Positions 11,476 to 25,639 of a stretch of 64,000 nt of DNA are shown piece after piece. The DNA is from Octopus vulgaris. Its lineage: Eukaryota. The notes beneath the pieces were generated by a model that saw only the letters and a program-made list of their open reading frames with translations, did not search any database and was not told where the DNA came from. The stretch's first letter is position 1. Every line of letters starts with the position of its first letter. The position numbers and the translations under genes are program-made. The stretch spans positions 31,744,001-31,808,000 of the forward strand of contig OX597822.1 in assembly GCA_951406725.2 (NCBI GenBank). Reading direction: 5' to 3'.

Positions 11476-12934
11476 GTATTTAAAAAAAAACACACAAATT
11501 TCCACACGATAGCACGTGATCTCTGTCCTAGGCATGTAGCTTCAACCGTGTTTTTCTGACGTGAATTTGCTACCCAGGTATCGATTAACCGAATTATCCA
11601 TAATAAGATAATTCATTCAACTACTCGATTATTTATAAATATATATATATATATATAGGAAAGAAGCAATGGTGTATATATATATGAAAGACGCAATGGT
11701 TTTATATATAGAGGACAGAAGCAACGGTATTACATGATGTTTAACAGCTTTATTCTGTGCTGAATGACTTAGAACTTCGTAGGCGTGAAGGAACATGTCC
11801 GACTCATCAGACAATTGGGGATAGCGAGGAGGCTTTGAAAGAAATGTATTTAGGCTGCTCTCTCTCTCTCTCTCGCCCTCTCTATCACTCTCTCCCCTCT
11901 CTATCCCTCTCTCCACCTCTCTCTTTATATATGTATGTGTGTGTGTATAAAAGTATGCATGTATATGTGTGGGTGGGTGTGTGCGCGCGCGTGTATATAT
12001 ATATCGGTATCTTCAATTACTAGTTGTGCTTTTGCATGTGTCAGGATGGTGATCAGGCTTTGTTAATCTTTGCGGGATTCCTTTGCAGAAGATGATTTAG
12101 ATTCGTCTCCCTTTGATCTCTTCATTTAAGAATAAAAATGCCTTCGATGAATTTTCTTGAATAAAGTAGCCACTAAACCATCATATCAATACACTTTCAA
12201 CAATGTAAATACCAGTTATGTATTATAATCTTTTTCAGCAGTTTTCCCTTCCTCTAAAATTTTAATTCTCAATATTCACCTCTTCCTTTTTCCGAAATTG
12301 TGTACAGAAACAATTTAAAAATTTTTCAATTAAAAGACGATCATCTGTTACGCAATTTAAAAGAAAAAGCATACAAATCATTCTGAAGGAGAATATTTAA
12401 TATGTTATCCAGATTATCTGATGGTTTTCTGTTTCTTTACCCTGTTAGAAATGTTATGTTGATAAAGCAATATTAGTGACAAACGGTTTATAAATGGAAA
12501 ACTTGAGATTGAAATTAAAATCATATCAGAACTAATAATCTTTTATCAATTCACTGTCCAACTTTCCTTTAAAATTTTTACAATTTTATTTGTTTTATTC
12601 GTTTCTTTCTCTCTCTCTCTCTCTCTCTTTCACTACTTTTTGCTAAACTATCTTGTATTTGTCTGGATTTTATTTTAGCATTTCAATGCCGCTATCTAGA
12701 TAAATATTTATTACTAATAAAATGTCATATATTGGAAGAATCAGAAAAGGGTAGGGCAAATAGCCCTTGTGATATTTAGGTACGATCTTCATCATTTTGA
12801 GCTCAGATACCGCAGAAAATGACTAAAACAGGGTGCCAGTCAAGAGCAGCAGTCTGAGCAATCAACTATATCCCCTCTCATGAGAATTGCTGGTCTTATA
12901 CCCAAACTAGAAAGGATTATTATTATTATTATTA

Positions 12935-12974
<40 letters not shown>

Positions 12975-12976
12975 CG

Positions 12977-13092
12977 ATGAGGCGGCGAGTTTTTAGAAAT
13001 GTTAGTACAGTTGGTAAAATGCTTGCCGTTATTTTGGCGGCCTTTTAATTCTGAGTTCAAATACCACTGAGATTGATTTTTCCTTTCATCCG
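12977..13092 (+). mobile_element. Degenerate SINE family B, 5' part
   Basis: GGCGGCGAG..TTCTGAGTTCAAAT..CCTTTCATCC; preceded by (ATT)n. Confidence 0.7.
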
Positions 13093-14247
13093 TTTGTTAA
13101 GCGTCCAGAACACCAAATTTTCTCTCCATACCAATGCGTCAGAAACACTTCAACCCAGTTCGGAAAATATGTTTATTAAGAAATATAAACCACAACAAGA
13201 CACTCTATAATAATACACTAGAATGAGAAAGCTCGGTTAATACAGCACAGCTACAAACGAATGAAAACACCAAGAATAAATCAAAACTTTACGTAATAGA
13301 CCTCATCCGGGATTTGAAACCCTATCTTTAAACGGCTGTATATTTAGACATAACACGTACTCAAAACTATTTGCTGACATCACCTAGAATCATCCACTTA
13401 GATTTTTCAGGACGAAATAGGATCATCAAAGAAAAAAAAATGCAAACATTCAGTTGACCGGGACCAGCGACACTTTAAGTGAATCAACCAACCAGAACGC
13501 TGGACGAACCTCTGACAAGAGCAAGTCACCAACACTTTAAATAAATAAAAAAAATGACGTATGTAGAATATCAATCGACTGGATTCTTATTGGTTAAAAA
13601 CAGTGATCACAACATTTGATAAACGAATGATATCACAAGACAAATCGGAACGCTGAAATACAACCAAACTAAAATATGTTACCAGAAAGTGGTGTGTTCA
13701 TTGTGTGAACTAACCAAAACACTAAACAACGGACAAAAAGCAAGTGATATAATTCAACTTATAGCCAATTAGATTTTGAACCTGTAGCTTAAATATCAAG
13801 ATACCTGTATAGACAGCAATTCCAGTTTTAAACAGTTCAACTTCTCACCAGAAAAACCAACGACGAAGAATTTTCCACCTTCTACTACGACTGAATTTGT
13901 AACAAAATCTTTTTTCATTAACAATCTTTCGTTCTCTTTGAAAACTTCATCGTATTAGACTGTTAATCTCATTTATCGTTTTAAAAAGTACTAAACTTGC
14001 AGTTTTAGACGACTGTCATGAAATTCATCCATCATTTGAACTTTTATTATTTTCTAATATTGCGAGAGTTGTTGGATATTGGAATTTATTTGAGCATTTG
14101 ATTTCTTCTGCAAGTAATACCGAATTTTCTCTTGAACTTTCACTTTCTATTAAAAGCTTCTTTTTTTCGTTTCTTTCTATTGAAAAACAAAATACTTTTT
14201 GAAACCGCGGTGGCACTTCAATAAATTTGTCAAAAATATAAAACTAA

Positions 14248-14284
<37 letters not shown>

Positions 14285-14309
14285 TAGATAGATATATATA
14301 TATATATTA

Positions 14310-14441
14310 TATTAAATTAGAGATAAAACCACTATTAGGCAAATCAAACAATGAAAAACTTAAGCCAATACATAAAATTAATTAATTTATATAATTTTAA
14401 ATATATATCAAAAGTATTAAAAGTTTAATAAAAGATAATGA

Positions 14442-14443
<2 letters not shown>
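14310..14443. repeat. Unclassified AT-rich dispersed repeat
   Basis: ATTAAATTAGAGATA.AACCACTATT.GGCAAATCAAACA.TGAAAA recurs at about 39372-39480; both copies sit in (TA)n. Confidence 0.7.
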
Positions 14444-14483
<40 letters not shown>

Positions 14484-14579
14484 TTATATACATATATATA
14501 TATATATATATAAATATATGTATGTATATATATTATATATCTATAATATATAAGAGAGATGTGTATGTGTGTGTGTGAC

Positions 14580-16506
14580 AGACCATTACTTGATCTCACG
14601 TAAAAATCAATATTTTTCATCCAATTCCATTCACGCTTGGCAAATACATAATTTAGGTTTCATCGATGGCTCTACACTATTTAGATTTTTGACTTATGAA
14701 GTGATATGGAGAAAGAGGCTTGAAAATCAGAAGATCTGTACTTTGCGATGTAACAGACAGAAATTGATTGTCTCCCTTACACCGCAATTCTACACTGTTG
14801 GATCCAGCCGTGTACAAAGGCGACCCAATCGGACACAGTTCACTCCCTGAATTCCGAATGCTTCCAACTTGCCTTTCAATGTAGCACATCAAGAAAACCA
14901 ACGTGCCACATAATGCATTCCTCGGACGAAGCGACGATTTTGAAAATGTGCAAACTCATTGTTTGTGATGAAGCAAATATGTCTCGTAAATGTTACCTAC
15001 AAGCACTTGATACCACAATGATAGTTCTCAGATCAAACAATAACATCCTTGGAGGTGCAACTCTCCTTCTTGCAGGAGATTTTTCGGCAAACTATGCCTA
15101 CTATACCCAAAGGAAACCCCGCTTATGAACTTAATACCTTCAAAATATCCTTTGGTCGCATGTCCAATCCAAACAATTCACCGTCAACATCAAATCACTC
15201 CTACAGACTGGTCAACATAGAACCTAGTTTTCGTGAATGTTTCTTAAAATCGGCAATCGGCAAATTACGTTAGACGACAACGGATACATTGACACTACCA
15301 ACATTGGCCACACTGTCTCCAGCCCTGATGATATACGTTCTGCCGTTTACCCAAATCTCACAACGAAATACGAAAATTGGCTTCGTTACAGGGCTGTTCT
15401 TGCACCTACAAATGCAGCTTCAACACTCTTAACTATGACTTATTCGGCTTTATTCTCAAGGTTACCGACCTCTATCAGGTTACACACTTTCCAACAGAAT
15501 TTCTCAACTCTTGAGATCCTCTAGTACTACCTCCCCATGAACTTCACTTAAAAGTCGGTTACCCTGTCATCCTCCTACGCAATCTAAACGCACCCACACT
15601 ATGTGGTCAAACAAATGATGGCCCACGTCATTGAAGCTCAAATTTTCACGGCATACGGCAAAAACCATACCGTTTTTACTCCGAAAATTCCGCTATTCCA
15701 AACAGACCGCCCCTAGCGTATGCAGAGAATGAAAATTAACAAAACACAAGGTCGTGGCTGAAAGTTGTCGGACTAGACCTTGGAACATCGTACTTTTCCA
15801 AACAGACAGTGCTACGTCGATTGTTCCAGAGTTTGCCATTCATACAACTTATTCATCTATACTCTTGAAGGAAAAACAAAAAATGGCGTCTACAAAGCAG
15901 CCATACAGTAGTTATTCTTCTACTGCGTTCTTCACGTCTACGCCAAACTGCAGCCGTTAGCAATCAGACTTCCTGCAAGCATGTCATTGATATTTTGCTT
16001 CATTTCTCTGAGTGCTGTTAACAGTACTTTATCTCCAATAACCCTTCTTACTTCACGCACGCTGTTCGCTCATAAGCATGCTCTGACATTTATTTTTGTA
16101 CTTGCCATTATTCTATTTGCCTGTTTTATATAAACGTTTGCTTTTCTTTATCATATATGACTTTCATTGAAGAACAGTTCTAATATGGTTGTGTCAGGTA
16201 TTACGAGAAAAATACGTATATGATAAAAACGCTTCGTGTAAGATATAGGAACCCTAATTCCTACTGCAATTGCGATCTCATTTCAAGGAATTTCATTTAT
16301 TACTGACTGCCAAATTTATGTTCAGAAAAATTTATCCATTACCTAAGTTTCTTAACACTATATCATAAACTGCTATCGAAAATGGTAATTATATATTTTA
16401 TCAACTTGAAACGACGTCTCAGTGCGGGCTAAATTCAACTTAAACTGTCATAAGATTGTACCATTATGATAAATTACACCGTCCAAAGGACGGGTGCAGT
16501 TGCTAG
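14580..16506 (+). mobile_element. Helitron relic: frameshifted PIF1-type helicase plus intact 3' terminus (5' boundary uncertain)
   Basis: Motifs LIVCDEA, GGATLLLAGDF, RAVLAPTN, LKVGYPVILLRNL, INKTQG, VGLDL and YVDCSRV in order; hairpin CCGTCC-AAA-GGACGG at 16479-16493 and terminal CTAG at 16503-16506 followed by T. Confidence 0.9.
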
Positions 16507-16524
16507 TATATATATATGTATATA

Positions 16525-17527
16525 TGCTCGCGGAACACCTCCGAGACATCCGTCTCAGCAATGACACGCCGGTCTCGCGCTATTTCCGCTCTGTCGGTCA
16601 CTCTTTGCAACACCTTTCTGTGCTCGGATTGTCCTTGCATAGGGGCCATCCGGACTGAACAGGGATTAATCTTCTCACTTCGATCCTTGGCGCCACAAGG
16701 GCTTAACTCTCGTCCGTTCTTCCTCTAACCTCTTCCTGTCTCCTCTCTCCCCTTAACACCTACTTCCTCCCACCCACCTCTCCTCTCTTGCTCCGACTCC
16801 TGCTTCTTCTCTTCACTCCTACACCCATTCTCTCTTCTCTTCACTCCCACCCACTTTCTCCCTTTCCCCTTCATCGTAACCCCAACCCTACACAATCCAA
16901 CACCACCTTACATATCTATCCCACCACACCCATCCCTTACACCCACTCCCACATACCCACATCTAACCCCACCCTCAGCCTACCCACATACCCTGCTTCT
17001 ACCCCCAACCTCAGCCTAACCCACATCCCACACTTGCTTTCCCCACTCTCGCCTCTACCTCCCAACACTATCAAACCACACCACACACCAATACACCATA
17101 CACCACCATAACACACAACATCACATCACATCACACCACCACGCACACACTAGCACTGAACACTTCCCAGCCCCACATCCACAGACGCACATGTCAAGGT
17201 CACCAGACCTCTTCCACACGCACATACATACTCTCTTATACACACGCAGGTGCACCTTCTTTTAGGATCACCACTACTTTATTTTTATCTCCCATTCTTC
17301 CTCGCTCTCCTGTGTGATCTCTCTGGCCGGCATTTGCCATGATAGATCGCTAGCCATTACACATTCTTTATTTCCTCTCTTTGTTTTTTTTTTCTGCGTT
17401 CCTTTCTGTGAAAGAGCGTAGGCTTGAAACGTTAAAGACATTTTAACTTCCCGAGCGTTTAACTAATACATCTGTTTGTCGTCTATACCACCTGTCTTCG
17501 TCTTTTGTTTTTTGTGAATTCTCCCCC

Positions 17528-17528
<1 letters not shown>
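16525..17528 (+). mobile_element. Penelope-like element 3' end: GIY-YIG C-terminus, C/A-rich tract and pseudo-LTR with hammerhead
   Basis: Translates LAEHLRDIR..TPVSRYF..GHSLQHLSVLGL, then after a frameshift EQGLIFSLRSLAPQGLN, typical of the PLE endonuclease C-terminus; flanked by (TA)n. Confidence 0.8.
17402..17437 (+). ncRNA. Minimal type I hammerhead ribozyme-like motif, core box mutated
   Basis: CTTT-CTGTGAA-A-GAGC-GTAG-GCTT-GAAAC-GTT-AAAG: stem I CTTT/AAAG, stem II GAGC/GCTT, palindromic AACGTT as stem III. Confidence 0.6.
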
Positions 17529-17558
<30 letters not shown>

Positions 17559-17572
17559 TAATATATATATAT

Positions 17573-18169
<597 letters not shown>

Positions 18170-18191
18170 TATACATATGCATGCAGATACA

Positions 18192-18222
<31 letters not shown>

Positions 18223-18225
18223 GAA

Positions 18226-18410
18226 TAGATAAACAGGGGACAACTGATGAAGGGAATGTTCTTCATGTTGCCTGTCTCGTTTCTCTGTTTCTTTCGTTGT
18301 TCGAAAAAAATTCGTTTCCAATATTTTTGTTTTTTTATGTTCTCGTTTCTCATTTTGTCTACGTTTTTTTTTTTGTTTTGTTTTTGACGTCCTGCACCCT
18401 TGTATGCATG
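18226..18410 (+). mobile_element. Repeat family H1 copy (5'-truncated) with CTGATGA box
   Basis: AAACAGGGGACAACTGATGAAGGGAATGTTCTT.. homologous to 6841-7003. Confidence 0.75.
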
Positions 18411-18474
18411 TATACATACATATATTTGTAGGTATGTACACATATATATATATATATGTATACTTGCACATATG

Positions 18475-18536
<62 letters not shown>

Positions 18537-18819
18537 TGGTATAACCTCGGGTAACGACTGGGAGAAGTAGGGGGAACGTATTTCATACCCCTAAGGGTAC
18601 CCAAAATACAAGGAAGTGTGTTTTTTCCCCCCTTTCTTTTAAGTGACCGTTTAAGACTTACATTTAAATAGCCAAGCTGAGATTTGGACAAAGAGCGTAA
18701 AGATCTAGAAAATTAACTGAAATCAACTGATCTGCTAGTCAAACAATTCTGCAAATCTACCGCATTCAGTTTATGCATTTATTTATCTATATATTTATTT
18801 ATTCAGGATCGTGAATAGG

Positions 18820-19111
18820 GGAAAAAAGAAAGTTGACTTCAGCATACTTTGAACCCATCCCGCAGAGAATCACAGCAATTACCTATTTCTTTATTACCCA
18901 CAAGGGGCTAAACATAGAGGGGACAAACAAGGACAGACATAGGTATTAAGTCGATTACATCGACCCCAGTGCGTAACTGGTACTTATTTAATCGACCCCG
19001 AAAGGATGAAAGGCAAAGTCGACCTCGGCGGAATTTGAACTCAGAACGTAGCGGCAGACGAAATACCGCTAAGCATTTCGCCCGGCGTGCTAACGTTTCC
19101 GCCAGCTCACC
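18820..19111 (-). mobile_element. tRNA-derived SINE family B
   Basis: Minus strand GGTGAGCTGGCGGAAACGTTAGCACGCCGGGCG..GAGTTCAAATTCC..GCCTTTCATCCTTTCGGGGTCGAT; near-identical to the 29259, 33702 and 37326 copies. Confidence 0.9.
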
Positions 19112-19634
19112 GTCACAACAATTACCGTCAAGCAACCTGTCCGGCGCTGTAACAACTTTGGTAATTACCACGTCAGTGACCGTGCAACGGCTTTTGAACA
19201 TTGTATAAATTACTATATTTTTTTCACTAAGGCTTCTTGTGTGATCTGAGACTGTTGATGTTTAATATAGTTTAGCAAATTTAGTTTCACCTACATCAAG
19301 AATGATGTCAGCTTTCATTCGAATTAATTCAAGTTGGCTGAAAATATGTGAAACATTCATCGAGAATAGACATCTGTACTTCGTTATAAAACTCACCTAA
19401 GCTTTGTAGACGCCAGTTGTTCACTGTTTGGCCAGCTTGTTTTTAACTTACGCTGCAATCCAAACTAAACGTTGGTACATAAAAAGGCTTTTGTTGTAGA
19501 AAACGTGTTTGTCTCAAAGCATACTGTCGATCAATGTCTACCATCCGACTTCTTAAACTCTATGTATACGTTTGTGTGTGTGTGTGTTTCTGTTTGTGCT
19601 TCTGTGCGCGTGTGAGTGTATGTGTGCATATATG

Positions 19635-19726
<92 letters not shown>

Positions 19727-20239
19727 AAAGACAGTGAGATACGTGCACATGTGAACGTTAACATACATTCAAACGTACTTATAGTCACGTTCATATATTG
19801 TATGTTGGTATGTACATATATATTTGTGTGTGGGGGGTGTGGGGGGGGTGTGTGCGTGTGTGTGTGAGATTACAAGCACGCTTACATAAGTATATCTTTA
19901 GCTGTATACATGTGAATATAAATAAGTGCATCCATGCATACACACGCATACATACGTATGCAGATATCCGTGCGTGTTTGTGTGTAAGGTTGAATTCAGG
20001 ATAAGAGAAATGCGATGTAAGAGTTCGCTTTTAACATGTAATCGAAAGTAGATATGTCATTAACGAACATAAATGGAATGGAAATGGAAATGCCGTGTGG
20101 AAAAGGAACAATTATCGGTGATTAAGTCTAAGACATTTCGTTAGGATACGCAGGAGTGATATCAGAAAATCATAAACAGAATAGTATCCAGTAAATTCTT
20201 TGCTGTACCTTTATCCAGATGAATACATAGTATTTTAGA

Positions 20240-20826
20240 AAGGTGATGAGCTGGCAGAAACATTAGCACGCCGGGCGAAATGCTGAGCGGCATTTCGTCT
20301 GCCGTTACGTTCTGAGTTCAAATTCCGCCAAGGTCGACTTTGCCTTTCAGCCTTTCGGGGTCGATTAAATAAGTACCAGTTTCGCACTGGGTCAATATAA
20401 TCGACTTAATCCGTCTGTCTGTCCTTGTTTGTCTCCTCTGTGTTTAGCCCCTTGTGGGTAGTAAAGAAATAGGTATTTTATCTGCCGTTATGTTGTGGGT
20501 TCAAATTCCGCCGAGGTCGACTTTGCCTTTCATCCTTTTGGGGTCGATTAAATAAGTACCAGTTATGCACTGGAGTCGATATAATCAACTTAATCAGTTT
20601 GTCTGAACTTGCTTGTCCCTTCTGTGTTTAGCCCCTTGTGGGTAGTTAATGAAATAGATATTTCGCCTGTCTTTACGTTCTGAGTTCAAAAGCCGAGGTT
20701 GACTTTGCCTTGCAACCCTTCGGGGTCGATAAATTAAGTACCAGTTACGTACTAGAGTCGATTTAATCGACTGGCCCCTCGCCCAAAATTTCTAGTCTAG
20801 CCTTCTGCCTAGAGTAGAAAAGAATA
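20240..20826 (+). mobile_element. SINE family B trimer
   Basis: Three roughly 190-bp units; only the first has a full head and the last has an alternative tail ..GCCTAGAGTAGAAAAGAATA. Confidence 0.9.
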
Positions 20827-21004
20827 TTTTGCATTTTATTCCTCGCGTGATAATTATATCGTATGACAATATATATTCGCCATCATCACCTTTATTTGCC
20901 GAAGAACTACATTGTTAAACATTCTTTAACGTTTTCTCAATCCGTTAGATTCCATTGACTATGAAAAATAAATTTAAAGACAACGCATTAATAAAAACAG
21001 GTTT

Positions 21005-21410
21005 TAACGTGTAGCTAAGAAGTTCGTTTTATAAGAATGTGCCTTAGGGTTCGCTTTCACTGTGTGGAGTCTTGGGCAAATATATTCTACTATTCTTTCT
21101 GAGATGGTCAAAGCTCTGTGGAATACATTTGGCAAACGGATACTGGGTAAGAACCTGTCGTACACATGCACACACACACACACGCACACACACGCACGCA
21201 CACACTTTTCTCTTTGACCTTGTGTCCTACGGTTTCGCAACCGCTGCCGATTTGTTTGCATCCTTGTAACTTAAAAAGAGAGTGACATACCAAGTACCAA
21301 GTTTAAAGTATATTCTTGTGTTGATTTGACAAACTCAAACCACCACACAGGTAAACTAGCATTGTCGCAGTTCAATGACTGAAACAAGCTGATGGATAAA
21401 TGAATAAAAT
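21005..21410 (+). mobile_element. Old, degenerate SINE family A
   Basis: CTTGGGCAAAT..TTCTACTAT..CCTGTCGTA(CA)n..GCAGTTCAATGACTGAAACAAG. Confidence 0.7.
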
Positions 21411-21889
21411 AGTCGCTCAATATGAAATAAAAATTATATTCAGGAAATTTTTGAGAATTCTATGAAGATGTAAACCAATTAAATAGTTTTCAGCTGGCAT
21501 AATCACGCCTTGCGTTTATCTGATTGGCCATAATACCGCTTCTTTTATGATGACGATGGTGATAATAATAACAACAGTAATAAAAATAAATAATAATAAT
21601 AATAGCTGTTTTAGATACAAGATAAGAAAAATATTCTCCCAAATCACAAGTTATGAGGAATGCTTTTCAATAATAAAATGTTTTAGAACTTTAATATTCA
21701 CTGACAATGTGTTGAATTTTCGCTAAACTATCTACTATGTTGAAGTTTTGCTCCAGTGATATACAGTTTATTATGTTGTTCCCTGATTGTTGCATTTTCG
21801 AGACTTCTAAAAATAATTCCAGATCTAAGGACAGAATTGGTTTGTAGATTGAATTTATTCCATTATCAATGTAATGTGTCGTATTTGCG

Positions 21890-23945
21890 TTGCGAATAAG
21901 AGAATTATTATTTTACTGTACTTAGCAATTCTTTTACTCGACTGAAGAAATATCATGTTTAGCGTTGCATTTACTCAGCCCAGTGAATAAAAGAAATATA
22001 GCTAATGATTATGTTTGGCGATACCTTTATTCTGCGAATAAGAGAATTATATTTTGCGATTCCTTTATACTACGGATAAAAAAGTTAAACAGTGTTTTGT
22101 GATTGGATATGAAAATATGAAAACCTATAACAATGTTTAGCATTGCCATAACACTGGGCATCAAAACGAACAAGATTTGAATTAAACGAGGCCCTATTTA
22201 ATATGGCGATGAATTTAGAGGCTATGAAGTATGATTAACAATAACTTAATTATCATCTCATGAAAATAAAGTGTGAGGTAATTGCATGTGTTGTGTTCCT
22301 TGCGGCGCAATAACTCGCAATGCATGCAGAGTGAAACGTGTTAAACTAGAATCGAGGCATAGTGATAGCAAAGTAGCAAAAAGTAAGGTAGATAGGGATA
22401 GATATGTAGATTCTCGGTGGAGAAGCGTTGATACACGAAGTTATTTTTATTGTTACTCTTTTACTCTTTTACTTCTTTCAGTCATTTGACTGCTGCCATG
22501 CTGGAGCACCGCCTTTAGTTGAGCAAATCGACACCAGGACTTATTCTTTGTAAGCTTAGTACTTATTCTATCGGTCTCTTTTGCCGAACCATTAAGTTAC
22601 GGGAACGTAAACACACCAGTATCCGTTGTCAAATGATGTTGTGGGGGACAAACACAGATGCAAACACACACACATATATATACATATATACAGCAGGCTT
22701 CTTCCAGTTTCCGTCTACCAAATCCACTCACAGGGCTTTGGTCGGCCCGAGGCTATGGTAGAAGACACTTGCCGAAGGTGCCATGCAGTGGGATTGAACC
22801 CTCAACCATGTAGTTGTGTTCTTGAGAAAAATACTGAATTTCTAGTTCACTCAGCTCGCAAAAATGAGTAACCCTGCGACGAGCCAGTGTTCTGTTAAAG
22901 ACGAACGTTGTGGTTTTGGTTACCTTTACGCCATAGAGACCAGGTAACAGGCCCTGTGTGTCCGAGGACTTGAGGAAATGCTCTACTTTTATTAATATAT
23001 CTATGACATGATCATCCAAATCTGTAACCAAATGCATTCCGGCAGTGATCATCCAGGTGATTTCTTCCTAGTAGGCTTGAAAACCATACTCCGTTATCCA
23101 ATGTGCCTTTTCTAAGATAGTTGGTTATGATTTCATGGCAAAATGGGTGATATATCTTGTGAATCGATTGACCTGTCAGTAAAGGGTTAAAGTGGATTTC
23201 TGATAGGAAGCTTGATTAAACGCCAAAATATTAGACACCAACCGACAGTAGACTGGGTTCGTGTATGTATGGCAGAAAAATGGATAGCAGTGTCTTCCTC
23301 GCGACCACAATGCGTCCCCCGATCGTGCAACTACAACTACAAAGAGGATAAACAAAAACAGTTACTAAAATATATAAACGCTTCTCTACTGACAAACTAC
23401 ATATCCATACCTAACTACCTCACTTTATGCAATTACTGCCACAAATCTTGTTTAACAGGTTTTGCTCTACATAACTGCGGGTTATCACACCGCGGAAAAT
23501 ACATCACCTGCAATTTCCTCGCTTGGCATTTTCGCCACACGATAACTAAATTATCGTTAATTACACTTCACAGCCACTAAATGCGTCGCCATATTAAATA
23601 CAAATTTGCTTAATTCAAATCGTATGTCTTTTTGTCAGCAAAATATTGGCAACGCTGAAAATAATAATTATAGATTTTCATGTTATTGTATCAACGAAAA
23701 CATGTTTTTGTATCCACAAAGTATGGGTTTCACAAAACATAGTTATACATTTTTATTCGCAGAATAAGAAAATCTCAAAAGATATATTGGCTATTACTTT
23801 ATTCGCAGAATGAAGGTATCATTAAACACGACACCATAGTTATTTTGTTTTATCCGCAGGAAAAGACATCGCTAAGCATAATAACATTTTTTCAGCCGTG
23901 TAAGAGAATTCATAGATAAACTAATAAAATTTTATTCGCTGAGTA
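21890..23945. repeat. Long imperfect inverted repeat (arms about 21890-22455 and 23350-23945), Foldback-like element
   Basis: 22195-22254 versus reverse complement of 23541-23600 matches at 51 of 60 positions; similarity continues on both sides; GCGAATAA subrepeats in the outer arms. Confidence 0.75.
22453..22812 (-). mobile_element. SINE family A, 5'-truncated, with (GTAAAAGA)n tail
   Basis: Reverse complement of the family A sequence. Confidence 0.9.
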
Positions 23946-24879
23946 AATAAGTCATTTTTTTTTTTTCTTAATAATGAAACGTGGTCAGAGGAAGTTGTTT
24001 AAAAACAGGTCAGCTCTTATCAAGCAATCTTATGTTGAAAGGGATTTCAGCATTGGTCTTCGAGTTGTTTTCTTGAGTGCATCTAATGTAAAACTGAATT
24101 TTGTTTTCCTTGTGCGGTACTATTGCACATCAGTAGATAGATTTTATGATATCTGTATTTACTTCAGGCCAGCAATACGAATTCATTTCTAGGGTGAATC
24201 ATGAATATGGCACCAATGAGCATACGTATGTGTAAAATATCAATATCTGTCATTTTCGTTCACCTCCTGCGCGGTTCATTTCTGCTAGCCTTGAATTAGA
24301 CTGCGTTTTGTAACATCCTACGTTTCTAAAGGGGCCTTCCCTGGACGAAATACCAAAGTCGAAAATCTTTTAACAACACACACACATTAAGTATGTGACG
24401 TTGATAATGATTACATACACACATACACACACACATACATATATGACACTGTGTGTATGTGTGTGCAGTGTTTCTATTTTTATAAATTCAAGTACTTATA
24501 AGTATTCATATCTTCGCTGACAACAACCAAGAAGATGAGACAGAGAAAAAAGAAAGAAAAAGAGAGTAAATGGGTGAGTGGTGGATATTTCTTATATTTT
24601 CAATGACATTATGTTGCTAATATATTGGATAATTATTTTAATATAATACAATTAAGAATTGTTCGCAGTAGTTAAATACGAAAACAAAACACTTGATAGG
24701 AGAAGTAGTCAAACCAGTTGAATATAAATACGAGGCTATTAAATTAGATAAGCCAGATCATTAGGACACACAACAATATAGGATTAATTAATGAATTCAT
24801 AAAATGAGCATAATTTATAGCTGAAGCTATGTATACATGTATGCAAGTGTGTGCGTGTATATATATATATAGATATATA

Positions 24880-24941
24880 TATATATGCATGTAGGTATTA
24901 TGTATGTATGTATGTATCTATCTATCTATCTATCTATATCA

Positions 24942-25036
<95 letters not shown>

Positions 25037-25088
25037 TGTAGGTATTATATATGTATGTATGTATGTTTCTATCTATCTATCTATATCA

Positions 25089-25150
<62 letters not shown>
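24880..25150. repeat. Tandem duplication of a compound microsatellite unit
   Basis: TGCATGTAGGTATTAT..(ATGT)n(ATCT)n..ATCAATG(TA)n occurs twice. Confidence 0.85.
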
Positions 25151-25153
<3 letters not shown>

Positions 25154-25566
25154 GGTGTTTCTGTGTGATGTGGTTGTGTTAATTGTATAAGCAAAACTGA
25201 AAATCAACCTATGACTTACCGAATAGCTCTTTGCTTTGGCAGGCACAGACTTGATACAAGCAAATACTCATTCACACGCACACGCACACACATACACGCA
25301 CACACACATACACACACACACAGTAACTTAACCTTGTTCTGATTCATACATATTCCATTGTACGCCGCATATTTTCTTTCTGACACCATTAGCTACGACG
25401 CCGAATAATATATTCAGAAAAGGTATTCCAAATTCTTTTTTTTTTTTTTACCTTTGGTTTCTCTCCGCTTTCTCATCGATCCCGTAGCTTGTGTCGTTTA
25501 TAGGTCCAAAATTATTGGAGAGCATACTTAAATATATACAACCTTACATTCACACACACACACACA

Positions 25567-25639
<73 letters not shown>

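Noticed and set aside
13095-13614. Solo LTR (TGTT..AACA) interrupting a SINE B
   Set aside because: No matching target-site duplication and no second copy in the window.
19397-19452. Possible 56-nt minus-strand exon ending AG|GTGAGT
   Set aside because: The acceptor pyrimidine tract is weak, the peptide is unrecognisable, and such sites are expected by chance in 64 kb.
20240-20826. CRISPR-like repeat/spacer array
   Set aside because: The units are about 190-bp SINE multimers without unique spacers; the context is eukaryotic with no cas genes.
22872-23186. piggyBac-like MITE (CCCT..AGGG-TTAA)
   Set aside because: The left flank is GTAA rather than TTAA, the TIR similarity is only a few bases, and the interior resembles another degenerate repeat.
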